Counted from the whole stretch's first letter, positions 44,082 to 57,794 are shown. The stretch: 63,759 nucleotides of DNA, filler included, from 14 parts of 14 records of this genome joined end to end with filler, not necessarily neighbours in it, one strand, 5' to 3'. Program-made: numbers and translations. Notes: a model not told the origin generated them from the sequence alone.

Positions 44082-46068
44082 ATGGCGGCGGCGATGATGG
44101 CGGTGAACGCACGGCGAGTTCGCATGCTGTATGAGGGGAAGGGTGGTGGGCTCGGGAAGGGGGCGGTGGTGTACTGGATGAGCCGGGACCAGCGGGTGCA
44201 GGACAACTGGGCGCTGCTGTGCGTACGCCGCCGGGCCACGGACCCCTCTTAGTCTGCGATTGTTCCTGCCTGTGTCTGCGTGTTTCTCAGTGGTTTTGAT
44301 GTAGACGTTTTGGTCGGAGCAGGTACGCACAGGAGGTCGCGTTGGCCAGGAAGGTGCCAATGACGGTCGTCTTCAGCCTAGTCAGCGATTTCCCGGTGAG
44401 GCGTCTTCTTGCTGCGCTGTACCGTGTAAGGCGTTCTCAGCCGCCCGCTGTTTTGTGTTGCATGGGTGGCATGATGCGCAGGGCTCGAACCTGCGCCACT
44501 ACCACTTCATGCTGCAGGGGCTCGTGGAGCTGGAGCAGGAGCTGCGGCGGCTGTCCGTCCCGTTCTTCCTGCTGCAGGGGGACCCAGCACAAACCGTGCC
44601 GGAGTTTGCCCAGCGCAACGGTGCGTCGATGGTCGTCATGGATTTCTCGCCGATGCGGATCGGCCAGGTGTGGCGCAAGGAGCTGTCCACGGCCCTGGGG
44701 AAGCAGCTTCCAGGCTGCTCGCTCGCGGAGGTGGATGCCCACAACGTCGTTCCATGCTGGGTGGCGTCGGATAAAAAGGAGTACGGCGCTCGCACGATCC
44801 GACGCAAGATCAACGACAAGCTCCCCGAGTTCCTGACTGAGTTCCCACCGGTCGTGACACCGGCGGTTCCCTGGCCCTCCGAGTGCCCTGACCAGCCAGC
44901 TAAGGCCGTCAACTGGACAGGACTGCTCGATGCAATGAAAGGCATCGACCGCACGGTCGGAGTTGTCGACTGGTGCACACCGGGCGCGACTGCCGCCCGC
45001 GAGAATCTGAACACCTTCCTCGATCATAGGATCAAGAGTTTCGGCGACAAGCGGAACGATCCAAACGAGAAGGCCTTGTCGAATGTCTCACCCTGGCTGC
45101 ACTATGGCCAAATTTCCGCGCAGCGATGTGCGCTCGAGGCCAAGCGCATTAAGAAGCGGCACTCCGCATCGGTGGACAGCTTCCTTGAGGAACTTATTGT
45201 TCGCCGCGAGCTGGCAGACAATTTCTGCTACTATGACCCGGCCTATGACGACCTCTACACCAACAAGTATGACTGGTGTGTACAGACACTCAAGGCCCAC
45301 GCAGGCGACAAGCGCCCGGCAACGTATACGCGAGAGCAACTGGAAAAGGCTGAGACGACAGACGACCTGTGGAACGCTGCGCAGCAGGAGATGGTGCTAA
45401 CTGGAAAGATGCACGGGTTCCTGCGCATGTAGGCCACGTCACCAGATCGTTGGTCACACTGTGCCCGGGGTATTCGCGCTCACACATGGGATTTCGGCGT
45501 TAGGTACTGGGCGAAGAAGATTCTCGAATGGACCGGCCCGGAGGAGGTCGAAGAAGGCAGCTCACCTCCACAGCGAGCCCTGGCCACGGCAATATACCTC
45601 AACGACAAGTACAGCCTAGATGGCCGCGACCCTAATGGTTACGTTGTGCGTCACTCCCCGGCTGGCCATATCGTTTCAGTCTGCTTCCAGTGCCCGTGCG
45701 CTTTCTGCGTCGCTGGCTGCAAAGGACACACTGCGACCGCTTACTGTGCAGTTGCATGTGTGCAGGGTTGTCAGTGGGCTATAGGCGGGCTGCACGATCA
45801 AGGCTGGCAAGAGCGACCTGTCTTTGGCAAAATTCGGTATATGAACTACAAGGGTTGCTCAAGGAAGTTTGATATACCGGCGTATGTTAGGCGGATTGGA
45901 GATCTTGGCGGTGAAACTGTGGGTGGTGGTGGCAACGGACGTGCGGCAGGCGCGGCAAAGGCGATCAGTCGACCGAAGAAACAAAAGAAGATGGACATGC
46001 CATCAATCTCAGCACCGCCAAAGAAGAAGGCGAAGAAAGTCAAGGCGAAAGCTGTCGATCTGTTTTGA
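44082..46068 (+). CDS. PHR1: Class II CPD photolyase (5 exons)
   Basis: [88 protein letters not shown] and GKIRYMN. Exons 44082-44218, 44323-44395, 44482-45428, 45504-45645 and 45766-46068. Confidence 0.95.
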
Positions 46069-46697
46069 GAAATTTGGCGAGACGTATGCGCATGCAATGC
46101 TTGCGCAATTGTAGATGTTCAGTCCTCGTAATTTGGCCGAGTTGGCCACGTGGAGATTTCATGAGAGACAGAGAGTGCAATTCGTTTCCCCTTCAACGGC
46201 CGAAGGGCAGATATTCGGAACCCGATACGACCATTCTCAGTAGCCGGATGTGGCGTCTGTGTTGCGACTTAATACATCATTCGCATGCCCAATACTGTTC
46301 CAGGCAATAGGTGAAGGGGGCAGGATGGCTTGCTTTCGGCTGATGGCCTTGACATGGGTTCGATATTGCAGCTGAAGATCCTTGCGAGGCCAGCAGCAAC
46401 CTATGCTGTTTCGGGCTAAGCGTGAGAGCTTTGTTGCGCGCTATTTGATGCTGCTAGTGGTATGAGTTTGACTAGATTGACTTAGTAACCCATGTTCTCA
46501 GTTTGCACTACCCACCTGCGTAGTTATTCCAATCGAATCACTGCAGCATCCAAGATAGGCTTGCTCATCACAGACTCCTCGAATCTGCGGAGCCTGCAGT
46601 GGAGTTGGGGATGACGGCTGGATCCTGTATGATAAACTTTCGTATGATTATTCGTCCACCCAACGCGCGTGGGATACTCCCTACGGTGCGTCGAAGG

Positions 46698-49072
46698 TTA
46701 CCGCCGCTTCTTCCCGTTCTTGCGCTTCGACTTCGACCTGCGGGAGCCCGAGATCCGTTAGCACGCGGTGCAGGGGCACAGGGATCATCGGTGTTACGGG
46801 CGGGCTAGGGCGTACCGTTTCGGAGATCGCTTCGGTGATTTAGGGTTGTCATCACCACTGTCATCGTCGGGCAGGCCCTCCTGAGTTTCTATCTCGAGCT
46901 GCTTTTCCTGCTCGAGCTGCGCCCGCGTCTTAGTGGTTTGGCACCACTCTAGCGTCGCGAAGCGTAACGTGAAGTCACGGAGCTCTATCCAAAATGCTCC
47001 GTCATCGTCGTTCTCGCCACGGCGGTCACCGAGTGCCCTTGCCATGGCACGCCCAGTTGGAGTGTGCCATTTTTCGCTGCGGTCTGACCAGTCGCCTTCC
47101 CATTCGCCATGTCCCCACGGATTGCGTAACTTGATGATCTGCGTCATTCCTGGCTCTTCAGGTGCCTCATTCTCGTCCTCCTCGTCGCTGTGGATTACCT
47201 TGGCGCATTCCATGACGTCCAGTACTGTGTATGCATGACCAGGCACAATTCCCTTCAGGAACTTTTCCTGGGCCTCTTGGTTGCGGACGGAGGGGCGGAC
47301 TGAGCCGGCACCAACGAAGCAACCGTTCAGCGAATTTGGAAGATCGGCGAGTTTGGAAGACAACGTGAGCCACACGAAGTCGTCCGTAGGCCGCGGCAGC
47401 AACATGGCCTGCTGTGCGCCGACACTCTGGTTGGCCAGCAGGGTGTGGCCGCACGTTCCACCGGTGAGCAGCCCAAGTGCCTCTCCTGGATGACCGCCGA
47501 TGATGGCTTCGTAGCCACCCTTGAGTTTGGCGTACGCCTTCTCCACAAGCAATATCCATATCTCTTTCGTGTCCTTCATCTTCGCGAACAGCGGACGGAA
47601 GCGCTTGACTGCACGGGCGCGGCCCGTGCTTTGCATGGAGCGCCCGTTCATCATCCGATCGCTGCCCATCGAAAGCTCTCTGGATGTACACGGAACATAG
47701 GCATCTACCCAGACCATTCGCCATCGGCCATCCACCCAGAACGAAACGCCGTATATCCCTGCGTCCTCGTACGTCTCGTCTGCAGGACAGAGCAACACGC
47801 AGGGAATGATGTGGCAGCAGACTGCGCAAGAGTGCAAGGAGGGGGCAGCGCGCTGCGCGCAGCGACGTGTACCGATGAGGTCATCCGCGACTTGCAGGTC
47901 CTTCACAGCCGTGACTAGCGCGCACAGAAGATAGCAGTCGCCGAGCAACCCTTGCTCAATTTCTGATCCTTTCATGGCTTCCGCAGCGGTCGCAACGCCT
48001 GCATGAACGGGCGCGCCAGCATCTCGCTCAGTACCGGTCTCGCGTGCTGCACGGGCATAGATTGGACATGGCTTGGGCGAGGCGCGGCGCACCGTCGCCA
48101 TTGAAGTCGCAGTACAGCCAAGTGCGCTTGCCGTCCTTAGTCTTGCCTACCGGGCGTCGGGTGGAACAGTAGCGTGAGGGTGGCTCCCATGAAACAGCTG
48201 ACTTGTCCAGCCCCGCTGGCCAATTCTTGAAGATCTCCTCGTCTGCATGGCCAAAGTCCGGGTCCTTCCATTCTCGCCCGGCCTTGCGGCACGAGGCTGC
48301 AATCTCTTCGATGCTTTGGCAGTCGTGCGCGCGCGACTTGTCCTTGAACGGGTTTTGACGCGCCTCACGGAGGCGATCGGAGAGCGGCTCTAGCGCATCA
48401 CTCGCTGCCACGATGGCTGCTTCGATCGCCGCAGCGTCAGCGCTGGTAAAGGCGCTCGGGATGGCCGGCTCCGAAGGCGGCGTGAGCACCTTGTCTGAAC
48501 CCAGCTTGGTCGGTTCCACCACGTTGACCTCCTGCTCGGCGGCCGGAGCAACCTCCGACGCCGGCGCCGCGGCTGGAGTGTCCGCGGCGGGGACATCCTC
48601 TACTGCCGCCGGGTCCGCGTTGCCCGGCGTCGCGCCGTCGCCCGTGCCCGTGGCGGGCCCCGCCTTGCCTTCACCGCTCCAGCTCAGCGCAGCCGGCCGA
48701 TCGGCGGACGTGGCGTGAGCTTGTTGCGTGCTCCCCGCGTCGCTCTGGGCGCACAGGTACGCCTACACACAAAACCAAACGCAATACACACACGTCCCGA
48801 ACGCAGCTCAGACCTCACAGTGCTGGCTGAAGATCGATGGCAAGCACAGCAATCTACGTCTTGACCACACAATGAGTTGCCAACACTGGCTGGCGAGCCA
48901 ACTGCAGCGACTCGACCCACAGCGACTCCACCCACCCCGGAACTGAGCAGTCTAACAGGCGGTGCAGCAGGCAGTCGCTTACCAGCCCGCAGGCCGCCGT
49001 CACCGCCACCGTGGCCGCCACCCCGAATGGCATCGCCATCGGCGGCTGCTTCATCGCGAGCTTCGCACTCAT
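46698..49072 (-). CDS. Calpain (CysPc) protease with N-terminal membrane anchor (5 exons)
   Basis: WKDPDF; QGLLGDCYLL (Cys); LVEKAYAKL; GHAYTV (His); LRNPWG (Asn); WSDRSEKW; DDGAFWI. Introns about 48982-48763, 48092-48000, 47872-47781 and 46815-46739. Basic tail RSKSKRKNGKKRR*. Confidence 0.9.
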
Positions 49073-50371
49073 CTCACCTCTCGCGGACCCTCGCACCCCA
49101 CCCTCCCTCGCCTCCGCCCTGGCCTACGGTGCTGATTAATTCAGTCTAAATTAACGCTGTATGAGGGAGACTGTGCGCCGGGCTACCGTGGGTTGAGCTG
49201 AAAAGCGCTCTCTCAGAAGGGATCCGACGGACTAACGACGCTGAGTTGACAGCCGCAAAAATGGCACGACAGAATAGTAGTATTTTCCAATGCAGACTGC
49301 ACAAAAATGAAAAGGGAAATGCACCGGAGCAGACATTGGCGCATGATTTTGCATGGGTGAGAACCGATGGCTTGTCTCTCCGCCGGCCTCAGATTTCCGG
49401 AACGGTGATCCATTCATCCATTCGAGCTACACGTATGCGGACCCCAGGACGGCAGGAGTGCGAACAGCATGAATTTCAATATGAATGCGCGAACAAATTC
49501 AGCGGGTCGAAAATGGTTGAGCGATGTCAGCTTATTTCTCAGTGATGGATTTGTACTCCTCACGTTGAACGTGAGAGAAATGATGATCTGGAAGGAACTC
49601 TACGCAATTTTGGTGGTTTACACGGTCTTCGTCATTTCGTCGTATCAGAAATCTGAAACCCCGACGAATGTCTCTACTAAAGCCCGCAAAACATCAGCGA
49701 TTTGAGGTGGGTAGAGGTGTCCACTCAATTTGTCAGTGTGTTCCCTCGATCCCAATCGAATCAAACCCACTGACGGACGTGACTTTGGTGGAATGGGACA
49801 TATTGGGAATTGTACGTATCCTGAATCAGGAGCAACATTCTTTCGTGCGGCCTGCTCGACATTTCTCAGCGTCGGTCTACGGTACAGTAAAGAGTAATGC
49901 CACCAATGTCGAAACCTCCAAGTGGAAGCGTGAATCAAGCAGTGATATCTGACCACTATCTGACACCCGACAGTGGGACAATCACACTGTTTTGGTTGCA
50001 GNNNNNNNNNNNNNNNNNNNNNNNNNNNNNNNNNNNNNNNNNNNNTTAATTAATTAANNNNNNNNNNNNNNNNNNNNNNNNNNNNNNNNNNNNNNNNNNN
50101 NACCCGCTACCACCAGGTGCCACCCGCTACCCGCCGCCCGCTACCAGCCATCCCGCCGTACCATCGGCCGCGGGTGAGCTCAGAGCTGGCCGGCGGGCGG
50201 CCTGGGCTCGTGGCTGGGCTGCCTGCGCGCGGCCACCTCACTGTCGAGTCATTCACGCACGGGCCAACCACCGCGAGGGCACCATCATTCAGATTTCAGT
50301 GACATTCACGGGCATTCAGTTTACCGGATGACCGCCATGTATTCATAGATGATAGACCGGTTCCCGTTATT

Positions 50372-50451
50372 ACGGTACTTCGTACTATGAAGTATGAATA
50401 ATCCGGGTAGTCTGTACACGGTACTTCGTACTATGAATAATCCGGGTAGTC
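50372..50451. repeat. Imperfect direct repeat (two ~34-41 nt copies)
   Basis: ACGGTACTTCGTACTATGAA...TAATCCGGGTAGTC occurs at 50372-50412 and 50418-50451. Confidence 0.85.
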
Positions 50452-50894
50452 AGGCAACCAAAGGGGGTGTGTGGTGCGTGGTGGGTCGAGAAATCAGCTT
50501 GACCCTTGGTGTTTTTCGATTTCTTCTCGCGAGCACGCGGCCACGCACGCACGCGAAATCAAGCGCCGGGGTATTTTTCCATTGCTTCTCAACTTTCTCT
50601 GTAAAACTCACTGATATACCGTCCACTCATCGCCTCGAATCGGCCTGTGCTGTTCCTCACGGATTACCCGGTAAAGTAGGACTGTTTTGCCTCTGCTGAG
50701 GATTGAAAAACATCTCTCAATGATTTACCGGGTACAGCAGTAGTCCGCGAGAAAAAGCAGCGGTTCGAGGTGATCAAAGTGGTGCACGATATCATTGATC
50801 AGTGAGTTTTACGTACCCCCCACGATTCCAGCCCAGCCTGTGACCGGTGGCGTCCGTGCGCTGTCGCGGGGGGATATACTAGTAGCGCTCGGGA

Positions 50895-53038
50895 ATGAAC
50901 CCGTTCGGCGCGCTGGAGAGCGAGGATGATCACGATGATGACGTTGATGAGGTGACGGCGAGGCCGACGGTGCCAGTGAAGGGCTCGAAGCATGATATCT
51001 TGGCTCGCGTCGCGGCACACCGAGAGCAAGGCGTGGTGCTGCCAGCATCCGGTGGGCACCAGCCGCCGGACGACGCCATCGCTGCAGTCCAGGCTGCGTC
51101 CTTCGGCGGCGCTCCCATGACTGCAGCGGCGAAGAAGAAAGCACTGAAAGCTGCAAAAAAGAAGGCCCGTAAGGCTCAGAAGCGGCAGCTGGAACGGTAT
51201 AATGGCCAATCGCCGCAGCCTGCGTCCATCCGCCAAAAAGGGAACCACAATGCGCCGGCGGGGGCTCCCAGCTGGAGCGGACAAGTCAGCGAAGCTTTTG
51301 AGGGCGCGAGGTTCGACGATGCGCTCGTGCTGCTCGAGCAGGGCCGTGCTCAGAAGCAGGTCCCCAAACTCGGCGCGCTGCAGCGCTGGGTAGCCGGGCT
51401 GGGAGACGGTGCAACATCACAGCCACGCTCGCTGCGCCTGCTCGATGCTCTGCTCCGAGTTGCAGACGGGCTGGGCGTTTCGCTCAAAGCGCCGTCCACC
51501 TCTGGCACCGAAACCTTCATGCTGCCGAAAGACGGCGGTGGGTACGGCATCAAAATGAGCCCCGAGGCAGTGGTCACCAGGGTGAGCGGCGTCGCCGCCG
51601 CCGCTGGGCTGACAGCCGGCTGCCGAATCCTCAAGATTGATGGGAAGCCTGTACGTCGCAAGGAGGAGGTGCTGGCGTGGGTGCAGCGCAGCCCAGCAGG
51701 CAAGCCACTAGAGCTCACTGCGACCGTCCCAAAATCCACAGCCGGAGCAGCTGCTGCGTCAGATGGGGAATTGCGCGAGCTGCCGCCTTGGGCTCCAACC
51801 GCACTGCGATTTGTCGACGGCAAATCGCCGCAAGAGAGTGTGGTGTCAGTTTCGAAAATTCTAGCCAGCGTGCACAAACATGCTGATGCTGACCCAGACT
51901 CCGATGCAGCAGAATCTAGCACGTATACAGATGTACCATCGGCGGCGAAAACCATCGAAAATCTCCGCGTGCTCGCGCACGAGAAAGGCGAGAATCGCAC
52001 TCCTCCAAATCTATACGACCTTGACATCTACTATCCGACCCCTGGCGCTTTTCCTTACGACGAGCTGCCGCCGAAAACACGCCGGAATGACGTTCCGTTT
52101 GTACCGGGTGCATTTATGCTCTCGGACGTCTTGACGCCGAGAGAGTGCAGGATGATTATGGGCATGGCAGAGGCTGCTGGCTTTGTTCCAGACCAGCCAG
52201 CGAACGTCGACCGGAAGCTGGCAGCGGCAACAGAGGCGGGTCTTGGCTCCCGGGCTGCAAATTTTACGCTGTTTGCAGTAAGTGTGGACGCATTAGCGTG
52301 CGCTGCATAATTTCTGCATATTCCCACGAGTCCGAATGTCCTGCTCACGACAGCAACATTTTTTTGGTGCAGGATGACACGCTGCTAACGCCACTATTGG
52401 AGAGGGTTCGCCCTCTGCTGCCGCCCGAGATTGCGGGTGGGGAGCTAGCTGGTTTGAATGCACGATGGCGTTTCTACCGTTACCTTCCAGGAGCAGTCTA
52501 CCGCCCTCATATTGACGGGGCGTGGCCGGCCTCGGGGTTGCGGAGAGCGACCATGGACCCTGCGGAAGCGCTTGCAGGCGATGGCTGCCACGACGCGGAC
52601 GGCAACAAGGTCGAGTACGTATACGATGCCGGCGGAGACCGACGGTCGCGCCTGACATTTTTGCTATATTTGAACGAAGATTTCGACGGTGGGTGTACTA
52701 CATTCTTCAATGCGGATCCACAGACTGTTGGCGTGGTAGAGGCTCGAGGTGTCGCGCCTCGATGCGGCTCGGTGTTATGCTTTCCACATGGAGAAGGGGC
52801 GGGCTCCCGCGTGCATGAAGGCAGTGCAGTGGCAACAGGTTCCAAGTACATTGTCCGAACAGACGTGCTATATATGATGCCACAATCCTCGAGGGATGAA
52901 CGAAATGGTAAACGTGTTGCCACTAGCCAAGGCGCGAAGAAGAAGCATAAGGGGAACCCACCATCTTTCGAGAAGCGCCACGTCCAGGTTAATATGACGG
53001 GGATATCCAACCAGGAGCCAATGGAGTTGCGCAGATGA
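50895..53038 (+). CDS. PDZ-containing 2OG-Fe(II) dioxygenase (prolyl-4-hydroxylase-like)
   Basis: PDZ: GGYGIKM...GLTAGCRILKIDG. Catalytic domain: DVLTPREC, RFYRY, HID, LTFLLYLNEDFDGGCT, HEGS and KYIVRTDVLY. Intron 52278-52372. Confidence 0.85.
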
Positions 53039-53505
53039 GCTTTATCTCGCCCACAGCATTTGTTATTTGTTGGTTGACACAGGGCAAAAGGCCTTTTGCC
53101 CTNNNNNNNNNNNNNNNNNNNNNNNNNNNNNNNNNNNNNNNNNNNNTTAATTAATTAANNNNNNNNNNNNNNNNNNNNNNNNNNNNNNNNNNNNNNNNNN
53201 NNAAGCGAATCCAACCCAGCCTGTTCGTGAGCAGAATGAGGATCGAGACGAGAGAATGCCGTTGAGAACTTCCGGCAAACGCGTCAACTCGCCTGCGCAG
53301 CGCCAGAGCGCGTGGACGGAGGGTGATGTCCTCGGTGAAAATTACGAATCGTAGATCCATCAAGGTGACGAGGTCGCGCGCGCCGCACGCGCACCGCACG
53401 CGCACCGCGCTAGCGCACGCGCGCGCGACGCCGCCGGTGGCATTTTAGCTGCGTCGCAAGCAATCCGCTCGATCGCATCGGCGGCGACGGATGCTGGCGA
53501 TGGCA

Positions 53506-53552
53506 TACACACACACAACACACAACGCACAACGCACAACGCACAACGCACA
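53506..53552. repeat. CA-rich simple repeat, (CA)n then (CACAACG)n
   Basis: Tandem ACAC/ACAACGC units upstream of the kinase gene. Confidence 0.8.
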
Positions 53553-53647
53553 GGCAGCGTCAGCGACAGCGGCAGTGAAGGGATACGTGCAGCGACAGCG
53601 GTGCTAGTACTGCCAGCCGGCGTCAGCGCACACTGTCCAGCACCGAC

Positions 53648-54733
53648 ATGTCCAGGCACAACTACACGTTCGTCAAGCAGATCGGCCGTGGGTCGTTCGG
53701 GACCGTCGATCTTGTGATGTGCGGCGATGAGAAGTTCTGCATGAAAAAGGTTGACGTCAGGGCAATGACCCCCAAAGAGCGAGAAGCAGCAAAGCTGGAG
53801 GCAGATATGCTGCAGAAGTTTGACCAGCCGAATGTCGTGCAGTACAAGGAGAGTTTCATCGAGGGCGGCTGGCTGTGCATCGTGATGGAGCTGGCACGCT
53901 CCGGCGACCTTGAGAAGCGATTGCGAAAGCAGCGCGGACAGCTACTCCCAGAATCAAAAGTTGTCGACTGGTTCCGGCAGATTTGTCTAGCGATGCAGCA
54001 CGTTCACGGCAAGAACGTGCTCCACCGAGACCTCAAGTCGCAAAACATCTTCCTGACTGACAGCGGCACTGTGGTCAAGGTTGGTGATTTTGGAATCAGT
54101 CGCGTGATGGCGACTGGTCAGCTTGCGAAAACGCGCGTTGGAACGCCTTATTACATGTCGCCGGAAATTATGCAGGGCGACGAGTACGACCACAAGAGCG
54201 ACATCTGGAGCTTGGGCTGCGTGCTCTACGAACTGACCACCCTGCGGCATCCTTTCACAGGATCGAATCTTCCGGAGCTTGCTCGCAAGATTTCTCGAGC
54301 CAAGTACACGCCGCCGCCAGCAACGTTCAGTCCGCAACTGCACAGTTTGATAGCAGACATGCTGGCACGCGACCCAGCCAAACGCCCCGACATTGACCAG
54401 ATTTTAAGCCGCCCCATCATGGCGACGTCTTCTCCGCGGACCCGGACGCCAGGGACGCCAGTGAGACCACAGCTCACTCTGAGTGCCGCAGCGCCAGCTG
54501 GCCAAGGACCGGTTGGCGCTGCCGCCGCCGCTGCGGCAGCTGCTGGTGCACCAATCTCCCCCTCGGTGAACAAACAACCAGCATACGTGGTACCAACTGC
54601 TGGCCTCCCAAGTGCTCGTGCTCGTGGTGGATATGGCCAGCACTGTGCTCCACGCCGTGCCGACGGGTGCCTCGGTGAGCGCGCGCGGCGAAAGAACCTA
54701 GCACAACAGCGAGCAATGGCAGGGGTGTACTAA
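53648..54733 (+). CDS. NIMA-related (NEK) Ser/Thr protein kinase
   Basis: GRGSFG, HRDLKSQNIFL, GDFGISR, VGTPYYMSPE and KSDIWSLGCVLYEL; intronless. Confidence 0.95.
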   Translation: MSRHNYTFVKQIGRGSFGTVDLVMCGDEKFCMKKVDVRAMTPKEREAAKLEADMLQKFDQPNVVQYKESFIEGGWLCIVMELARSGDLEKRLRKQRGQLLPESKVVDWFRQICLAMQHVHGKNVLHRDLKSQNIFLTDSGTVVKVGDFGISRVMATGQLAKTRVGTPYYMSPEIMQGDEYDHKSDIWSLGCVLYELTTLRHPFTGSNLPELARKISRAKYTPPPATFSPQLHSLIADMLARDPAKRPDIDQILSRPIMATSSPRTRTPGTPVRPQLTLSAAAPAGQGPVGAAAAAAAAAGAPISPSVNKQPAYVVPTAGLPSARARGGYGQHCAPRRADGCLGERARRKNLAQQRAMAGVY

Positions 54734-55014
54734 GGCATCTGCCGTAGGCTGGCACCTCAGGAGAGGTATAATTTCCCTTTGTAAGCTAGAATATAATAAA
54801 CAATTGATGACCACAGCAACAGATTACAGTATACGCTACTGCCGATGTTATTGGCAAATTATTGGCAAACCATCATCGTTTGGCAAACCCAAGATGGGTG
54901 ATTTGCCAATAACCCACAGTCCTCTGCTCAAGGTAGATACCAACCTGCAGCCTCAATCTGTCTATCATTTTCAGACCAAACAGAAATAGAGCTAGGCAAT
55001 GGCCGCGTAATCTG

Positions 55015-57252
55015 TCAAGCGTTCGAAAACACTGCAGCTTCAATTTGCCGCCCGATCTCAACTCGGATTTGCTCCCACATCTCCACATCCCGCGTATAAG
55101 TGAAGGCATTGGTCACGACTTTTTTCAGCAGCGCCATGACATGCTGTCTACCGTTGCCTGAGCCTGTGTCGCCGCTTGCTTCCAGTAAATTCAGATAGGC
55201 ATTGTCCTCCATGCCATCTCGAAGATGTTTCAGGCGGATGCTGGCGATTGGGATGAATTCAGTTCCACCGATGCGATCCTTTGTTCCAGGGTACAACAGG
55301 TTCCCATCACCGTTCCCACCCATTATGAGCTGATCTGTCCATGCGTCCATCGCCCACTGCCCGGGCGGCAGTTCTGATACTGGGCAGTTACCGACCACGT
55401 TCTCTCGTGTGCAGGTGTCTGCAAAATTCGTCTGCCAGTAGAGCTCCCCAGAAGCGTTGTAGTGATAGCCGAGGGTCGGGAAGATGCGATTCATTATGGC
55501 CGGGGCGTCAATCATAAGAGACGGCCAGCCAGAGTCGCATGGCCAGTGCTTGTGCGCTGGAACTTTGTCGCAGCCGAGCGAGAGATCTATCCCTGAGTCG
55601 CAGCCTTCGCTCATACCTGCGGTTGCAAGCGCAAAAACAGGCTGAGCATGCGAGCTTAGGACAATCGCAGGGATACAGATAGAACCAGGATCTGAACAGA
55701 CTGAAGACCAAGGGGGCAAAAAAGCTTGATGCAGTGCGCACAGCTTTGGTACATCCACAGCTCCTTAGCTGGATTCTCTGCCATCCAAGCGTCATACTGG
55801 TCCCTGGTGTTTCGAAAGGACCATGGCGGATAATCTGAACAATGCTCATCTGAGTTCTCCACCAAGTTGATCAGCGCGGTGAAAATTCCCACATTCTTTG
55901 GTGTGATGTTCCCGAGAGATTGATTGGCAGTTTTCAGCTGTTCCAGTGTGGTGGTCACCTCGCACAGTGCCGACGGAGTACCTGACATGAAAACGTACAA
56001 ACTCCACTTTTTCGTTCGAGTTGTGCTGTTTCATATCTATGGCAGTCATACTGTACAGCACAAGCCATTCGTTTGCGGCCTTACCAGCATGGACCGACTC
56101 GCAGGTCTTTGCGCAACCCGCCCACTCAGCAGGAGAAGAAGGTTCATCGCAGACTTTGCTCGCAAGTTTGTGTCCCCATCCTTGCCGCGCCGCATGGGCG
56201 TAGAACTGTGCATTAAGAGGAGAAGCGGTGGACACTTCAATAGCAGTGAACGCTGCCCCGCGAAGACCAAATGGAAGATCAACTCCTTTGTCAACATAAG
56301 TACTCCTGTGCACAACCAAACGATAGATCAGGGAGAAGGCACTCATACTGCTACAAAGCTGCAGCACTGCCGGCAGAAAATCGTGGGCGCACCACCGCGA
56401 GTCAAACCCTTGCCAATCCACTGGTGACTGGGCTAGCGCCGGGTCGGGCAAACCACCGTGGGTGAACGAAAGCCGGTGCATTAGTCCGAGTTGCATGTAG
56501 CGCTGAGTCAAATTAACGCGCTGGTCAAGGAAATCTTTCCAATCTTTGCCGTATGCGGCCATCAATATTCCGTCGGAGTTGACTCCATACGTCGATTTGT
56601 AAAATTTGCTTGTTGAATCCAACCGAAACCCAAACACACGCAGAGTCAGAGGTACAACAACTGTCTTCTGGTCCGTGCCGGCGCCGGCGTCTCTGTTGCT
56701 GTTGATGCTGCTGTTCTGGCCATCGAAGTGCACTGTGACACTGGCTGAGTAGTTGCCCGGCGGTACGTCAGGTCCGACAAACACATCGAGCCAAAACAGA
56801 AGCAGCGAACTGTTTGCACCTACGGATGCGGGGAACACGTTCCGAGTCTCGTTAAACCACGGGTCAACGCTCGGAATCACCGCGTCAGGCCAACGCCCTG
56901 GGCCACCATCGCAATCCGATGCTTTGGCGATGTCAATGAAGTGCACACGGTGCGCCAGCGTAGTGCCGCGTGTGTTGAGTTTCGCCACTCCCGACGCGGG
57001 GCCGGACGTGAACTGCAGCGTCACGTCGCGCACGGCACCGCTGGGGCTGTTCACCACAACCTGTACGCTCTCGTATTCGTTCTGCGCGGCGGAAAACTGC
57101 GTAATTGTCGGTCCACACCATGGCTCGTTGTCACGGATCTTGTGCAGCGCCGACACCACTGCCACCGGCTGCTGCGAACACGCCGTGGCATCGGTCGCCA
57201 CAGCCGAGGCAGCAGTGGCGGCCAGCAGCGCCGCCGCCTGGACAGCAACCAT
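55015..57252 (-). CDS. Secreted GH123/DUF4091-like glycoside hydrolase (4 exons)
   Basis: AAQNEYESVQVVV, WPDAVIP, WLDVFVGPDVPPGNY, DEP, WMYQSC|MSEGC, GELYW, GDGNLLYPG and SIRLKHLRDGMED. Introns 56392-56306, 56084-55982 and 55741-55617. Confidence 0.85.
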
Positions 57253-57794
57253 CGCGGTGCCCTGCGCCAGGGGCGGTTCGTTCGTTCCGTCTCCGAGTCC
57301 GCGTCTGGCGGGGACCACTGCAACTTGGCCCACAATGTGATTTCAGACACNNNNNNNNNNNNNNNNNNNNNNNNNNNNNNNNNNNNNNNNNNNNTTAATT
57401 AATTAANNNNNNNNNNNNNNNNNNNNNNNNNNNNNNNNNNNNNNNNNNNNCGCCGTTGACGAGTCGTTGGCTCGTTGCACGCGTGCGTTCAGCGTTGGCG
57501 TTGGCGCGTCGATCTCGCGACCCCTCGCACCGCGCGCAGCGACCGCGGCGCGTCCCTGGGGGAGGGTCCCACCAACGTGCGCATATCCAGCCAGCGCCTC
57601 TGTATCTGCCTGCACTGCCGAGTACAACTAGTGCGGCGTTGGCAGTTGGTACGATTGGGTAGGCGTGAACCCCGGCACTGCTGCCTGCTAGCCTGCAGCC
57701 GGACGCAGGACGGCTGTGGCGCGGCGGGTGCGCATTGAAGGGTCGGGTTGGGCCCAGCCACGCCTGTCCGGAGTTGCTCTAGCACTGGCAGCCG

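Noticed and set aside
49140-50001. Small ORFs upstream of the calpain gene
   Set aside because: Lower GC, short and without recognisable protein features.
50372-50451. Direct repeat as a CRISPR array or transposon end
   Set aside because: Only two adjacent copies, with no spacers, cas genes, transposase or target-site duplication.
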